Part shown: positions 22,003 to 32,875 of the stretch, one piece after another
Layout: every line of letters starts with the position of its first letter
How positions within the stretch are numbered: position 1 is the first letter of the stretch
NCBI GenBank assembly: GCA_001661245.1
Contig: KV454015.1
Span: forward strand, 1,042,924 to 1,106,923
DNA: 64,000 nt
Reading direction: 5' to 3'
DNA from: Pachysolen tannophilus NRRL Y-2460
Lineage: Eukaryota
Notes under the pieces: model-generated
What the model was told of the DNA's origin: nothing
Seen by the model: the letters and a program-made list of their open reading frames with translations, nothing else
Databases searched by the model: none
Program-made: the position numbers and the translations under genes

Positions 22003-24219
22003 TCAAGCTGAACAATCATCTACTAAAGTATTTTTAGGAAAGTCATAACCAGCTTCACTCCAGGTGGTAGCATTATAATCTTGATAAGCGTCTGCATGGC
22101 CCTCAATATACAGAAATGTTGGATAATCAGTAGGATCACATGAGAGTGACACATTATCACTTGGTTGATATATTCTAACATTATCCACAGATAACGTTAC
22201 AGGGAAATCAATACTCAACCAATCTATATCGGCCCAACTGTTTGATATACCCAAATTTAAAATCATTGACATTGGCTCTTTAGAAATTCTTCTCCAATCA
22301 ATATTACCATTTGGCGATAAAGCATAAGCTTCAACAGTTAAAGTTGGATCATCACCAACATACCACCGTATATAACCATCATCATCATCATTCAAATATT
22401 CTACCGAATATTTTTGATAACTTCCACCACCATATTCATACCAATCTGTATTTAAAGTTGTGGTACCACTAACAGCTTGTTGATATGGTCCACCAGTATA
22501 TGTATTCATTGTTGTTACAGAAAAATTATATATTTCTGTGAAATTAGTATCAGGATAATACCATATATCCATTGGAGCAATTTGAACTGATTGGGATGCA
22601 ACACCATTACCTGTAGTGGAATCTACTTCACCTTCGATAACATCAATTTCTGGAGCACCTCTACCTGTTCCTTGATTTGGATGATCTTCACCTGAACAAG
22701 TACAAGAATTCAATTTTTGACCTGCAAGATATGAAATACCATCAGGGGATGATTGATTAGGAGTGATACCAACATCACATGCTTCATAAGAATATGGCCA
22801 AACACCTTCAGTTGTAGCCATATAACCTGGTCTACCTAAATTACCTAAAGACCACAGACCTGGCCATAAACCTGTGACATTACCATAATTGGGAAGTCTT
22901 AATGAAACTTCCATTATTCCTTGAGTGAAACACATTCTATTCCATGAATTTAACATTCCTGATCTATAAAACAAATTATGATTTTTAAAAGCATCCATTC
23001 TTAATAAAAGGGTTCCATTTTCGGTAGTGACAGCATCTGGATCATACCATTCAAGATCATCAGTGGCAGCATAGTTTAAATCTGGAGCATACCAAAATTG
23101 ATCATCACCATCATAAAAAGTTCTACCTTCTTCATTAAATTCATCACTAAATACCAAGGTCCAATTTGTACCATCTCTTGCAGTTCTTGTCATTGCTGAT
23201 GAAGGAGTATCTGAATCCACCAAAGAAGTTCTTATACCTGAAAGTTGTGGATATACATAATCTGTTAATACAGTATAACTATCTTCAACATAGACGGTAG
23301 TCTTATCAGCAATACCTGTATATGTGAAAAGTGGTAATAAAACAAATAATCCAATAGCACCCAATACTAGAAACAATAATCCGAAAAACCCACCTGCAGA
23401 TCTTTTATCTGCATTTTTAATATCATACATAAATCTGTTTTTATCATATTCTGCATCTGCAATAGGATCTGGGTTATGTAAATAATCATCAGGTTCTTTA
23501 TCTTCAACGTGTAATGGGAAAGCAGATGCAGGATATCCACCAAATGGAGAAAAATCCGGATCAATATTTAAGAAAGGATTTTTAGCAGAATCTATTTTAC
23601 TTGAATCACTAATTTTTTCATCAATAGCCCCAGCACCAATAGCAGCGGCTGCACCAGCACCAGCAGCACCAGCAGCACCAGTTTCTAAAGGCGGTCCTCC
23701 AGGTATTAAACTTGCCCTTGAAGATGAGATTGATCTTGCAGTAAATGAAGGGTATCTATCATATAACCCGGGTTGATCCAGTCTTTTAGCTCCTGAACCA
23801 AATATGTTTTGGACAAAATAATTTTTCCCACTAGCTCCACTACCACTACCGCTACCGCTACCACTACCACTACCACTATGATATGCCCCTGTGGAACTGA
23901 GCAACGCGTCATTTGCTTGCGGACTCCCACTATCCAAAGGATATGTAGTATTATTATTCAATTCATCATCATCATCAACTCCACGCACCGCAGCTCCATT
24001 ATTATAATTATCCAACTCATAATTAGCTATACTCGATGCTTCTTCTTCACTTGTACTATTATAAGAATTTTCATTACCAAATGGATTTCTTTGACTTAAA
24101 GGTTCTCTCGTATTATTGTTATTAGTTCTTGTAAGTGAATCTGCAGAAGATAAAGGATATTGATCGTGTTCGCCATCTTCCAAATAATTATTGCCTGTCA
24201 AATCTCTTGTTGCAGGCAT
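22003..24219 (-). CDS. KRE6: Beta-1,6-glucan synthesis-associated GH16 protein (Kre6/Skn1 family)
   Basis: EPDDYLHNPDP, a single TM helix, LVFSDEF, DLEWYDPDA, GLWPGLW and GRGAPEID.IE. Confidence 0.92.
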   Translation of the reverse strand: MPATRDLTGNNYLEDGEHDQYPLSSADSLTRTNNNNTREPLSQRNPFGNENSYNSTSEEEASSIANYELDNYNNGAAVRGVDDDDELNNNTTYPLDSGSPQANDALLSSTGAYHSGSGSGSGSGSGSGASGKNYFVQNIFGSGAKRLDQPGLYDRYPSFTARSISSSRASLIPGGPPLETGAAGAAGAGAAAAIGAGAIDEKISDSSKIDSAKNPFLNIDPDFSPFGGYPASAFPLHVEDKEPDDYLHNPDPIADAEYDKNRFMYDIKNADKRSAGGFFGLLFLVLGAIGLFVLLPLFTYTGIADKTTVYVEDSYTVLTDYVYPQLSGIRTSLVDSDTPSSAMTRTARDGTNWTLVFSDEFNEEGRTFYDGDDQFWYAPDLNYAATDDLEWYDPDAVTTENGTLLLRMDAFKNHNLFYRSGMLNSWNRMCFTQGIMEVSLRLPNYGNVTGLWPGLWSLGNLGRPGYMATTEGVWPYSYEACDVGITPNQSSPDGISYLAGQKLNSCTCSGEDHPNQGTGRGAPEIDVIEGEVDSTTGNGVASQSVQIAPMDIWYYPDTNFTEIYNFSVTTMNTYTGGPYQQAVSGTTTLNTDWYEYGGGSYQKYSVEYLNDDDDGYIRWYVGDDPTLTVEAYALSPNGNIDWRRISKEPMSMILNLGISNSWADIDWLSIDFPVTLSVDNVRIYQPSDNVSLSCDPTDYPTFLYIEGHADAYQDYNATTWSEAGYDFPKNTLVDDCSA

Positions 24220-25616
24220 ATTGCAAAGAAGAAAAAAAAATAATAAAAATGTTATTATTATTATTCTTTTCTAGTGTAAAAGTCTAAATCAAACTCCAGA
24301 AAAAAAAAATAAAAAAAAAAAAAAAAAAAATTATTATCAATATTTTAATAGCAAAAAAATTATTTTTATAAGATTATTTTAACATATATGAACAGCGCTT
24401 AATCGTTAGCTAATGGAGCTTCTAATTCTAGATTCAAATAATAATTTTTTTAAAAGAGCGGTTTGTATTTTTAATTTATAATTTATAAAATTAAATTTAT
24501 TTAATTGTTATACTTGTATTAAATAAAGTAAGAAAAAAAAAAAAAAAGAAAACCTTGTTTAAGTTTGTTTTTTTTTACTAATTTAGTAGGCACAACGCTA
24601 AAAAAACCAAAAAAAAATAATAAAATAAAAAAAAACAAGGGATCTGCCAAAAATTATTAAAAAAAATTCAAAGTTATTGAAACCCTGTTGACGTGTCACT
24701 GATGAAGAGACTAAAACAGAAAAAATTACAAAGCCTTATTTAGTAGCTTAACTAGTACGCACGACCCTGAAAAATTCAATTTCGTCATATATTATTGTTT
24801 TAGGCTTAAAAAAAAAATTATAGTTTGTCCCTTTATATAATACATATTAACTCTCATACCCCTGGAAGAAGATGGTGCATGCTTGAAAAAGAAAAATTGA
24901 AGATCATTTTTCTAAATATAGTTTCCCAGTTGAAAATACTTGAAAAAGTACAGCCTTCAGAAATTTCATCAAGTGTTTCTCTTATGATCTAAAGTTTGGT
25001 TTGGAAAAAAATAATAAACAAAAATAGATTGAATAGAAAAAAAAAACGATAATTATTTACGGATTTATAGGAAATGTATGTCCACTAAAATATAGTACCG
25101 TTTAATCACCCTACATTTTTTTTTTTAACCAAATATTAAATATCTAAATAGTTAATAGCAGTCAAAATAAATAAAATTAATAAATAAAGCGTGCATGTGG
25201 TGATAATAGTCCTTATTGGGGAAACAGACAAAATAAAAATAAAAAAATAAAATAAATGGGTAAATAACAAGTCGTGTATGGAAATAAGAGTATTCCTAAT
25301 GCGGTAATCTTTTTCTTTTTCGTTTTTTTTCGTTTTTTTCTTTCTTTTGTCGTTCACTCGATGCCAATTAGTTCCGAAAATAGTAACCAGTAATATTTTA
25401 AGCAGTGGTAATATTAACAAAAGAAAAAAAAATCATGTGGAAAAAAAAAATAAAAAGAAATAATTATATATGAGTATATATTTCCTTCTTCTGTATGAAG
25501 TTAGATATACTTATCAAGGCTCAAGCTTATATATTATAGATCTGGGTATCTGAGTGGTATTCGTGCCTTCATTTTTTTTTTTTTTTTTTTTTTTTATTTT
25601 TTTTGCTGTGTGTGAA

Positions 25617-27116
25617 ATGAGCTTGAGTAGGGCGGAGTTTTTTTTCATCAAGAACTCAGTAGTGCTTAGTTGTTTTAAAAAGCTGTCTGTACGGAATACG
25701 AATTATGTCCCAAATATATCTCTGAAATTTTTTTCAAGATTAACTGGGAATATCGGTATCAGAAAGTATTCTTCTACACGTTTAGAATCTTTGAAATGGT
25801 TTTCGTTTAATAGTTTTCCAAAAAGATTTTATTCTTCAATTTCAACATCAACTTCTTCTGTATTAAAAGTTAAATCACCATCAACAAGTTCTATTGTTAA
25901 ATCAAAATGGCCATTAAATTCACATAAATATGTTGGTTATTTATGTCTTTTCAATGCTTCATTAGTATTCTCCATAGTTATCTTGGGTGGTTTAACAAGA
26001 TTAACTGAATCAGGACTTTCCATTACAGAATGGAAACCAATTACTGGTAGTATTCCTCCTTTAAATGAAAAACAATGGGAACAAGAATTTGAAAAATATC
26101 AAGAAAGTCCAGAATTTAAACAGTTGAATTCACATATTACATTGGATGAATTTAAATTCATTTTTTTCATGGAATGGTCTCATAGATTATTGGGTCGTAC
26201 CATTGGAATGTTATTTGTATTACCATCATTATATTTTGTTGCTCGTAGGAAAGTAAGTTTACAAGTTGCTTTCAAATTAATGGGTATTTGTTCGTTAATA
26301 GGATTCCAAGGTTTCATTGGATGGTGGATGGTTGAAAGTGGATTAGATGCAGAACAATTACTGGAAAGAAATTCTAAACCTACAGTTTCACAATATAGAC
26401 TTACAACACATTTAGGATTAGCTTTTATAATTTATTCATCAATGATTTATACAGGATTACAAGTTTTAAAAGAATTTCAAATAATGAAAAATCCTGAAAA
26501 ATATTTAGTGATTTTTAAACAACTTAATAGTAACAAATTGAAATTTTTTAAAAAAACAGCTATTGGTCTTGCAATTTTAACTTTTATTACAGCAATGTCA
26601 GGAGGACTTGTTGCTGGACTCGATGCAGGTTTAATTTATAATACTTTCCCACACATGGGTGATAATTATATTCCTTCTACAAATGAATTATTTTCACCAG
26701 TATTTTCAAGATTAAAAGATCAATCTGATATTTGGTGGAGAAATATGTTTGAAAATCCAACAACAGTTCAACTAAATCACAGAATTTTGGCTTTAACAAC
26801 TTTCTTTACAGTTTTCGCTGCTCATATGTATTCACATAGAATCAAATCATTAATTCCTCGTAATGCTTATATTACAATGCAAGCAGCAATGGGTGTTGCA
26901 ATGGTTCAAGTTGGTTTAGGTATATGCACTTTAATATGGTTAGTTCCAACAGAATTGGCCGCTGCTCACCAGGCAGGTGCTTTAACTTTACTCACAACTA
27001 TGGTCATCTTATGTCAACAATTAAGGAAACCGACAATGAGTAATATGATTTTACTTAAAAGATTCTTGGAAAAAAATGTCACTGATCTTGCTAAAAAAAA
27101 CAATGTTCTCAAATAA
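25617..27116 (+). CDS. COX15: Heme A synthase
   Basis: GGLTRLTESGLSITEWKP, FFMEWSHRLLGR, VSQYRLTTHL, AGLDAGLIYNTFP and NHR motifs, with a basic presequence-like N-terminus. First ATG at 25617. Confidence 0.95.
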   Translation: MSLSRAEFFFIKNSVVLSCFKKLSVRNTNYVPNISLKFFSRLTGNIGIRKYSSTRLESLKWFSFNSFPKRFYSSISTSTSSVLKVKSPSTSSIVKSKWPLNSHKYVGYLCLFNASLVFSIVILGGLTRLTESGLSITEWKPITGSIPPLNEKQWEQEFEKYQESPEFKQLNSHITLDEFKFIFFMEWSHRLLGRTIGMLFVLPSLYFVARRKVSLQVAFKLMGICSLIGFQGFIGWWMVESGLDAEQLLERNSKPTVSQYRLTTHLGLAFIIYSSMIYTGLQVLKEFQIMKNPEKYLVIFKQLNSNKLKFFKKTAIGLAILTFITAMSGGLVAGLDAGLIYNTFPHMGDNYIPSTNELFSPVFSRLKDQSDIWWRNMFENPTTVQLNHRILALTTFFTVFAAHMYSHRIKSLIPRNAYITMQAAMGVAMVQVGLGICTLIWLVPTELAAAHQAGALTLLTTMVILCQQLRKPTMSNMILLKRFLEKNVTDLAKKNNVLK

Positions 27117-27509
27117 TTACTTACAACTTTATAGACATTTTTATCTCATTTCCTTTGTTTTTGATCACTACCTGTACATATACATATATATATATATTTA
27201 ATTACATATATACCCCATAAAAATTAACTATAAAATATCTATCTATAAGTTGACTGTCTTGAAATGAAGTTCTTCAAGGTCTTAACCGTATGGTTCTTTT
27301 AGTATTGTAAAACTCTGGTTAAGCAACACTTTTTCGTTTTTTTTTTCACTTTTTTTTTTTGATAATTTTTGGTATTTTTTCTGTACGTGAAGAATTTACA
27401 ATTTATTAGTGAATACATACATTTATAGTTAATTAATTAATTAATTAATAATTATATATTTATAAAAATATTTGAACTTGAACTGAATACGCCATAGGTT
27501 GTTGGTATC

Positions 27510-27815
27510 ATGTTATTTTTTTCATTTTTCAAGACTCTCGTTGATCAAGAGATAAGGGTTGAACTTAAAAATGATATAGAGATAAAGGGAACGTTAAAAT
27601 CGATAGACCAGTTTCTTAATTTAAAATTGGACAATATTTCTACAGTAAATGATGAGACAAAATATCCTCATTTAATTGCCATAAAGAGTCTTTTCATAAG
27701 AGGTTCAACAATCAGATATATTCATCTTAATCCCATGCTTGTGGATGCCAATTTGTTACAAGATGCTAGTAGGAGAGAAGCTTTAGCTAATTCAGGTAAT
27801 AGGATTGGTAGGTAA
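27510..27815 (+). CDS. LSM2: U6 snRNA-associated Sm-like protein Lsm2
   Basis: MLFFSFFKTLVDQE..VELKND..I.GTL.S.DQFLNLKL...FIRGS...LLQDASRRE. Confidence 0.97.
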   Translation: MLFFSFFKTLVDQEIRVELKNDIEIKGTLKSIDQFLNLKLDNISTVNDETKYPHLIAIKSLFIRGSTIRYIHLNPMLVDANLLQDASRREALANSGNRIGR

Positions 27816-27964
27816 ACAGAAAGAGAATAAACAAGTATAAAATCAAAAAATAAAGAAAAAATTATTTATTGAAATTTTTGGAATTTTAAAAGAAAGTATA
27901 TTTGTTAATAAATTCTTACTATATGAATGCAATAATGAATGGATATATATATATAAAATTTAAT

Positions 27965-28456
27965 TTAATTTTTTTCATTGCCCAATCGTATTGGACAAAT
28001 AGCTCTATTATGACCATTGTTAAAACAATAAGAACATGTCTTTTTCTTTGATTTTTTTTTAAAATTTTTGGGTATATTATTACTTTGGACATCATTACTT
28101 GTACCAGAATCAGTAGGTATATCAGTAGTAGTATCTTTATTAATTTTATGTATTATTTCCTCTTTATACAGCAATTTATTCAACGGCACTATTAGAAACT
28201 CTTTATCATCTCTTTTTTCATAGTACTGGATCAAATCATCTATATCTATTTCACCATTATCTTGGTCTTTGCTTTCTGGTAAATGTAATTGTTCTCGTAT
28301 GTTTGTTATCAATTCATTAACAAAATTTAATCTCTGAGTATACTTTGCAGTTAAATCATCCAACTCTTTTGTTTTAACACCAACTTTTAAAGCTAAAGAT
28401 TCTATTGTGGTTGCAAGTTCTTGCAGAGGTTCCGATGACGATGGCCGTTGAAACAT
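27965..28456 (-). CDS. Uncharacterised coiled-coil protein with C-terminal CCHC zinc knuckle
   Basis: First ATG at 28456; C-terminal CSYCFNNGHNRAIC (CX2CX4HX4C) follows a basic NLS-like patch. Confidence 0.7.
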   Translation of the reverse strand: MFQRPSSSEPLQELATTIESLALKVGVKTKELDDLTAKYTQRLNFVNELITNIREQLHLPESKDQDNGEIDIDDLIQYYEKRDDKEFLIVPLNKLLYKEEIIHKINKDTTTDIPTDSGTSNDVQSNNIPKNFKKKSKKKTCSYCFNNGHNRAICPIRLGNEKN

Positions 28457-28602
28457 GTTCACAAATAATAAGAAATGTTTAAAAAAAAAAATATATATAT
28501 ATAGTTAAAAAAAGAAAAAAAGTCTTACAAGTATAAAAACACACTAGAGAAAAAATTTTAAACTAAATATATATATATATAAACTATTTAAATTCATTGA
28601 AA

Positions 28603-29166
28603 ATGAACGCTTCTAAGTTAGATATCCAACTATCTAATATATACCAATGCTGCTCAGATGAAATAAGGAAAGATGTAATGTTAGATTATGCGGGAAATAG
28701 GAATGGGGATAACCCTTCATCAAAAAGAATCAAACTTTCTAATGTCAAATCTTTGGATCATAGATACAAGACACCAGTTGGAATATTAAATAGAGGAACG
28801 CCCATTCCACCAGACGAAATCTTAAGCGAAATATACATGAACTCTACAAAGAAATTACTAAAGATGAATAACAGCGATAAAAATGGTCAGATATCAATAC
28901 CTATAGTAGACCGCTATCATTTAAAAGACAATAAATCACCTTTAAAAAAACAACTACTACCATCTTTTGAATCCTTAAATACCTTGCACTACTACTTTGT
29001 ACACAGAATTAACAACGATTTGAAATTAAGTGAAAAGAATTTACACAAGATTGAGAAATCATTTGATGAAACAGCTTTATTAGCGCTTGGAATATTGATT
29101 GAAGAATGGATACAAGAACTTGTTGAAGAAGAAGGTTACAAGATATATATGGAACAAGAACAGTGA
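28603..29166 (+). CDS. RRN10: RNA polymerase I upstream activation factor subunit Rrn10
   Basis: NIYQCCS, PDEIL, LHYY and SFDETALLALGILIEEWI match Rrn10 (NVYEACS, ADEVL, VHYY, AFDETSLITLGLLIEKWV). Lies between LSM2 and NCL1, as in S. cerevisiae. Confidence 0.8.
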   Translation: MNASKLDIQLSNIYQCCSDEIRKDVMLDYAGNRNGDNPSSKRIKLSNVKSLDHRYKTPVGILNRGTPIPPDEILSEIYMNSTKKLLKMNNSDKNGQISIPIVDRYHLKDNKSPLKKQLLPSFESLNTLHYYFVHRINNDLKLSEKNLHKIEKSFDETALLALGILIEEWIQELVEEEGYKIYMEQEQ

Positions 29167-29239
29167 TTTGTGCCGGTAGTGCATGTGGCGTGCAAATTCT
29201 GAATTAGGAATTTTTGTTTTCTCTTTTTTTTTTGCTACT

Positions 29240-29307
29240 AAATTTTCACTTGCAATTTTTCTTCTGGGTGAAAATTTTTTTGGTTTTTTTTTTTTTTTAA
29301 AGATGAG
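29240..29307. promoter_or_regulatory. RRPE and PAC ribosome-biogenesis elements
   Basis: TGAAAATTTT at 29269, an inverted copy at 29240, and GATGAG at 29302, all upstream of NCL1. Confidence 0.7.
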
Positions 29308-29431
29308 GTCTAGATATAAATTAAAAAGAGTGTGATATATTTGATTGATAAGTAGACAAGGTGGGAATTTAAAAATATTCGCTATTTTTGCAATCAGATC
29401 AGCTCTTTCATCAAGAGCAATAACATTGAAA

Positions 29432-31540
29432 ATGGGAAGGTTCAATAAGAAAGGTGGTAGAAGAGGTAACAAGTTTGGGAGAGGAGGTGATAAGAATAAG
29501 AACTTTACTGGAGGTGATCGTGAAAGTTGGAAAGAAATTGAAAAGGAAAATTCTAAATGGGAAGCTTATTATAAGCTGCAAAATATTATTCCAGATGCTG
29601 AAGAATTTGAAATTTTTAAGAAACATTGTCAAGATCATTTACCTTTAACTTTCCGTATTACAGGATCAAGAAAACATGCCGATGAGATTAGGACGTTATT
29701 TAAAGAAAAACATTTACCTAATTTAACAAAAATTGATTCTATTGAAAATTATTCACCACCAAGACCAATGCCATGGTATCCAGAAGAATTAGGCTGGCAA
29801 ATAGATTTACCTAAATCAGTAATCAAGAAAAATGAGGAATATGCAAAGACACAAAGATTTTTAGTTTTGGAAACAGAAGTTGGAAATATTTCTAGACAAG
29901 AAGCTGTGTCCATGATTCCTCCATTAGTAATGGATATCAAGCCACATCATTATGTCTTGGATATGTGTGCAGCACCAGGTTCTAAAACTGCTCAATTGGT
30001 TGAGGCCTTACACGCTAATGACGATGGGGATTTACCAACAGGTTTTGTTATTGCTAATGATTCAGATTATAAAAGATCTCACATGTTGGTTCATCAAATC
30101 AAAAGATTAAATTCTGCAAATTTCATTGTAGTAAATCATGATGCTCAATTATTCCCAAAAATCAAATTGGAGGCAAATGATTATAATTTTATTAAATTTG
30201 ATAGAATTTTATGTGATGTTCCATGTTCTGGTGATGGTACTATGAGAAAGAACATTAATGTATGGCAAAAATGGGGGATTGGAAATGCTTTAGGGTTACA
30301 TCCTTTGCAAGTAAATATCTTAAATAGAGGATTACAATTATTGAAAAAAGGTGGAAGATTAGTTTATTCAACTTGTTCACTTTCACCTATTGAAAATGAA
30401 GCAGTTGTCGCTGCAGCTTTGAGAAAATGGGGAGATCAAATTAGATTAGTCAATTGCGATAATGAACTACCAAACTTGATTAGAAAAAAAGGATTAAATG
30501 ATTGGGTTGTGTTTGATAAGAGTGCTACTATAAAGACTAGAGAAGATAATGATGAAAATATACCAGAAACTTGTTTCCCGCCATCACAGGAAGAAATTTC
30601 AAAATTCAATTTAGAAAATTGCATAAGAGTTTATCCACATTTACAAAACACAGGTGGGTTTTTCATTACTGTTTTTGAAAAAATTGATAATAATAAAAGG
30701 GATATTGAAGAAGCTACTAATGGTGATTCACAGAACAATGACAACAAGAAATTGAAAACTGATACACTTGAGAAGAAAGATATACTGCCTCCATCATCTA
30801 CTACTCAGAAAAAGGAGAGACTACCAAGAGATGCTAATGAGGAACCATTTGTTTTCTTGGATGCCAATCACCCTGAATTACAAAAATGTTGGGATTTCTA
30901 TGATATTACTGATGATTTTCCAAAAGATTGTACGATTGTTAGGAATGCTTCTGGTGAACCAATAAGAAGTATTTATTTTGTATCTTCAATTATCAAAGAC
31001 ATTATCAAAAATAACGAACTTAAGTTAAAAATTGTACACAGTGGTGTGAAATTATTTGTTTCGCAAAAATCAGAATACAGTAAAGAAGTTTGTCAATGGA
31101 GAGTACAAAATGAAGGTTTATTTGTTATTAAAAAATTTTTATCACCATCAAGGCAAGTTTCATGCAGTCTAGATATTCTCGTAGTTTTATTAAAAGAGGC
31201 ATTCCCAAATTTGAGTAAATTGAAAGAAAACTATCCTGATGATGAATTTTTTGAAAAAATCAATGGGATCTCAGAAGGATGTTGTTTCATTAATATAAAG
31301 AGAGGAGAGCATGAGGAAGACTTGTTCTTACCGTTATGGAAAGGAAAAAATAATGTAAACTTAATGGTGAACAAGCAAGAAACCTATGAGTTGATGTACC
31401 GAATTTTTGGTATTGAGACGGAAAAAAACGCCGAGTACAAGCAAAAGCCAAATAATGTCCCAAGTACTAATGTAGAAGCCAAAGAAAAATCTGAAAATAG
31501 TGAAACTACTGAAATTAGTGTAGAACCAGAAGAAAGTTGA
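29432..31540 (+). CDS. NCL1: tRNA m5C methyltransferase Trm4/Ncl1 (NSUN2)
   Basis: GNISRQEAVSMIPP, LDMCAAPGSKT, FDRILCDVPCSGDG, VYSTCS and NTGGFF motifs. Confidence 0.97.
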   Translation: MGRFNKKGGRRGNKFGRGGDKNKNFTGGDRESWKEIEKENSKWEAYYKLQNIIPDAEEFEIFKKHCQDHLPLTFRITGSRKHADEIRTLFKEKHLPNLTKIDSIENYSPPRPMPWYPEELGWQIDLPKSVIKKNEEYAKTQRFLVLETEVGNISRQEAVSMIPPLVMDIKPHHYVLDMCAAPGSKTAQLVEALHANDDGDLPTGFVIANDSDYKRSHMLVHQIKRLNSANFIVVNHDAQLFPKIKLEANDYNFIKFDRILCDVPCSGDGTMRKNINVWQKWGIGNALGLHPLQVNILNRGLQLLKKGGRLVYSTCSLSPIENEAVVAAALRKWGDQIRLVNCDNELPNLIRKKGLNDWVVFDKSATIKTREDNDENIPETCFPPSQEEISKFNLENCIRVYPHLQNTGGFFITVFEKIDNNKRDIEEATNGDSQNNDNKKLKTDTLEKKDILPPSSTTQKKERLPRDANEEPFVFLDANHPELQKCWDFYDITDDFPKDCTIVRNASGEPIRSIYFVSSIIKDIIKNNELKLKIVHSGVKLFVSQKSEYSKEVCQWRVQNEGLFVIKKFLSPSRQVSCSLDILVVLLKEAFPNLSKLKENYPDDEFFEKINGISEGCCFINIKRGEHEEDLFLPLWKGKNNVNLMVNKQETYELMYRIFGIETEKNAEYKQKPNNVPSTNVEAKEKSENSETTEISVEPEES

Positions 31541-31767
31541 TAACCTCGACCATTTTTGTTGAAATAAAATTAAAAGAAAATATGTTTTCAATATAGATAT
31601 TAAACGAGTATCATTTATTGACCAGTTTATTATATATATATATATATATATATATTATATTATATACGAAAGAATATAGTTTAGTAAAGTTCTAAAGTAC
31701 TTATAAATGCATAATAATCTTTTTTAGTTATCTAATTATCTAGTTATAACAACGCGTCATAATATAC

Positions 31768-32346
31768 TTAATTATTAAATTTATGAGTGATTTTTGCAAC
31801 TCTAGCACCTAAAGATTCTGCAGTTAGTAAGTCAGTTTCTGGAGGAGCAAATTCGGCACTTTGATCAGCATTGGACTGAGTACCCAAACCAGTAAAAAAC
31901 CCACATCTATTTGGCTCATTTCCAGTAGATTGCGAATTATTGTTTAATGGCGGTAATCCTAATGGAACCCAAATCATTCCGTGCTGCGCAGCAAAAGTGA
32001 AAATTGAAAGCAAAGTCGATTGCTTATCACCAGAAAATGAAGCTGAATTGGTAAACCCAGCAGCAATTTTGTCTTGTAAGTTTCTTTGTCTAAAATAAAC
32101 AGGGGAAGTAGCTTCCATAAACTCTTTAAATTTAGCTGCGACATTACCCATATAAGTTGGGGAGCCAAAGATAAAACCATCAAAATTCTCAAGAGTGGCT
32201 ATCTCCTTTATTGCTTCATCTGACGTGAAAAGACGAGCAGTAACATTTGGAACCGACAATACACCTTTATAAACGTGTTCAGCTACTTTTTTAGTATGAC
32301 CCATACCACTATAATATATAATTGCAATTGAGACCTGTTTTGACAT
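31768..32346 (-). CDS. WrbA-related flavodoxin / NAD(P)H:quinone oxidoreductase of bacterial type
   Basis: YYSGMGHT FMN loop, FGSPTYMG, KIAAGFTNS.S.SGDK, AAQHGMIWV; no intron. Confidence 0.88.
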   Translation of the reverse strand: MSKQVSIAIIYYSGMGHTKKVAEHVYKGVLSVPNVTARLFTSDEAIKEIATLENFDGFIFGSPTYMGNVAAKFKEFMEATSPVYFRQRNLQDKIAAGFTNSASFSGDKQSTLLSIFTFAAQHGMIWVPLGLPPLNNNSQSTGNEPNRCGFFTGLGTQSNADQSAEFAPPETDLLTAESLGARVAKITHKFNN

Positions 32347-32466
32347 TTTGGTAAATATATAGTTTAAAATAATCTAAAGTTTTCGAACATGAACATATAA
32401 AAAGAAAAAATATATCAGCTTCAGAGTCTTACAAGTAGACAAAGGTTTTCTTATTTATATCATTCC

Positions 32467-32776
32467 TTAGTCATCTGCGATAAGCTCAAATTTTTCATTC
32501 AAAGTGAATTTATATTTGGAAATAATACACATGAAAGAGACATACATAAATCGCCAGTTTTCCCTGCAGTTCGTGCTAATTTAGTTAGCTTGATTTTAAT
32601 AAAATCTGCTCAAGAAGGTATTATGTCTGGCTTTCATAATATTTTAAAGTTCAATTTAGTCAATTAGTAATTATATCTTACACATACAGTTATTACTAAG
32701 GTGAGGCATAAGACTTATTAATCCCATTAATATTTACTATTACTAAACATACATAACATATAACAGATATTACTAA
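32467..32776. promoter_or_regulatory. Cluster of six Yap1/AP-1-type response elements
   Basis: TTAGTCA at 32467 and 32656, TTAGTAA at 32664, TTACTAA at 32693, 32740 and 32770, all upstream of the flavodoxin gene. Confidence 0.7.
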
Positions 32777-32875
32777 TACATTTTCAATTTTTTTGATATT
32801 CTCTATAATTACATTCTAAGTGCTATGATATGCCGATAAAGATGATAAATTGCAATGTAGATGTGTGCATCTCTA

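Noticed and set aside
25554..25616. Poly-Phe N-terminal extension of COX15 (and the similar extension of CDC3 from 44282)
   Set aside because: Translation of a poly-T promoter tract or of intron sequence; the real starts are 25617 and 44245.
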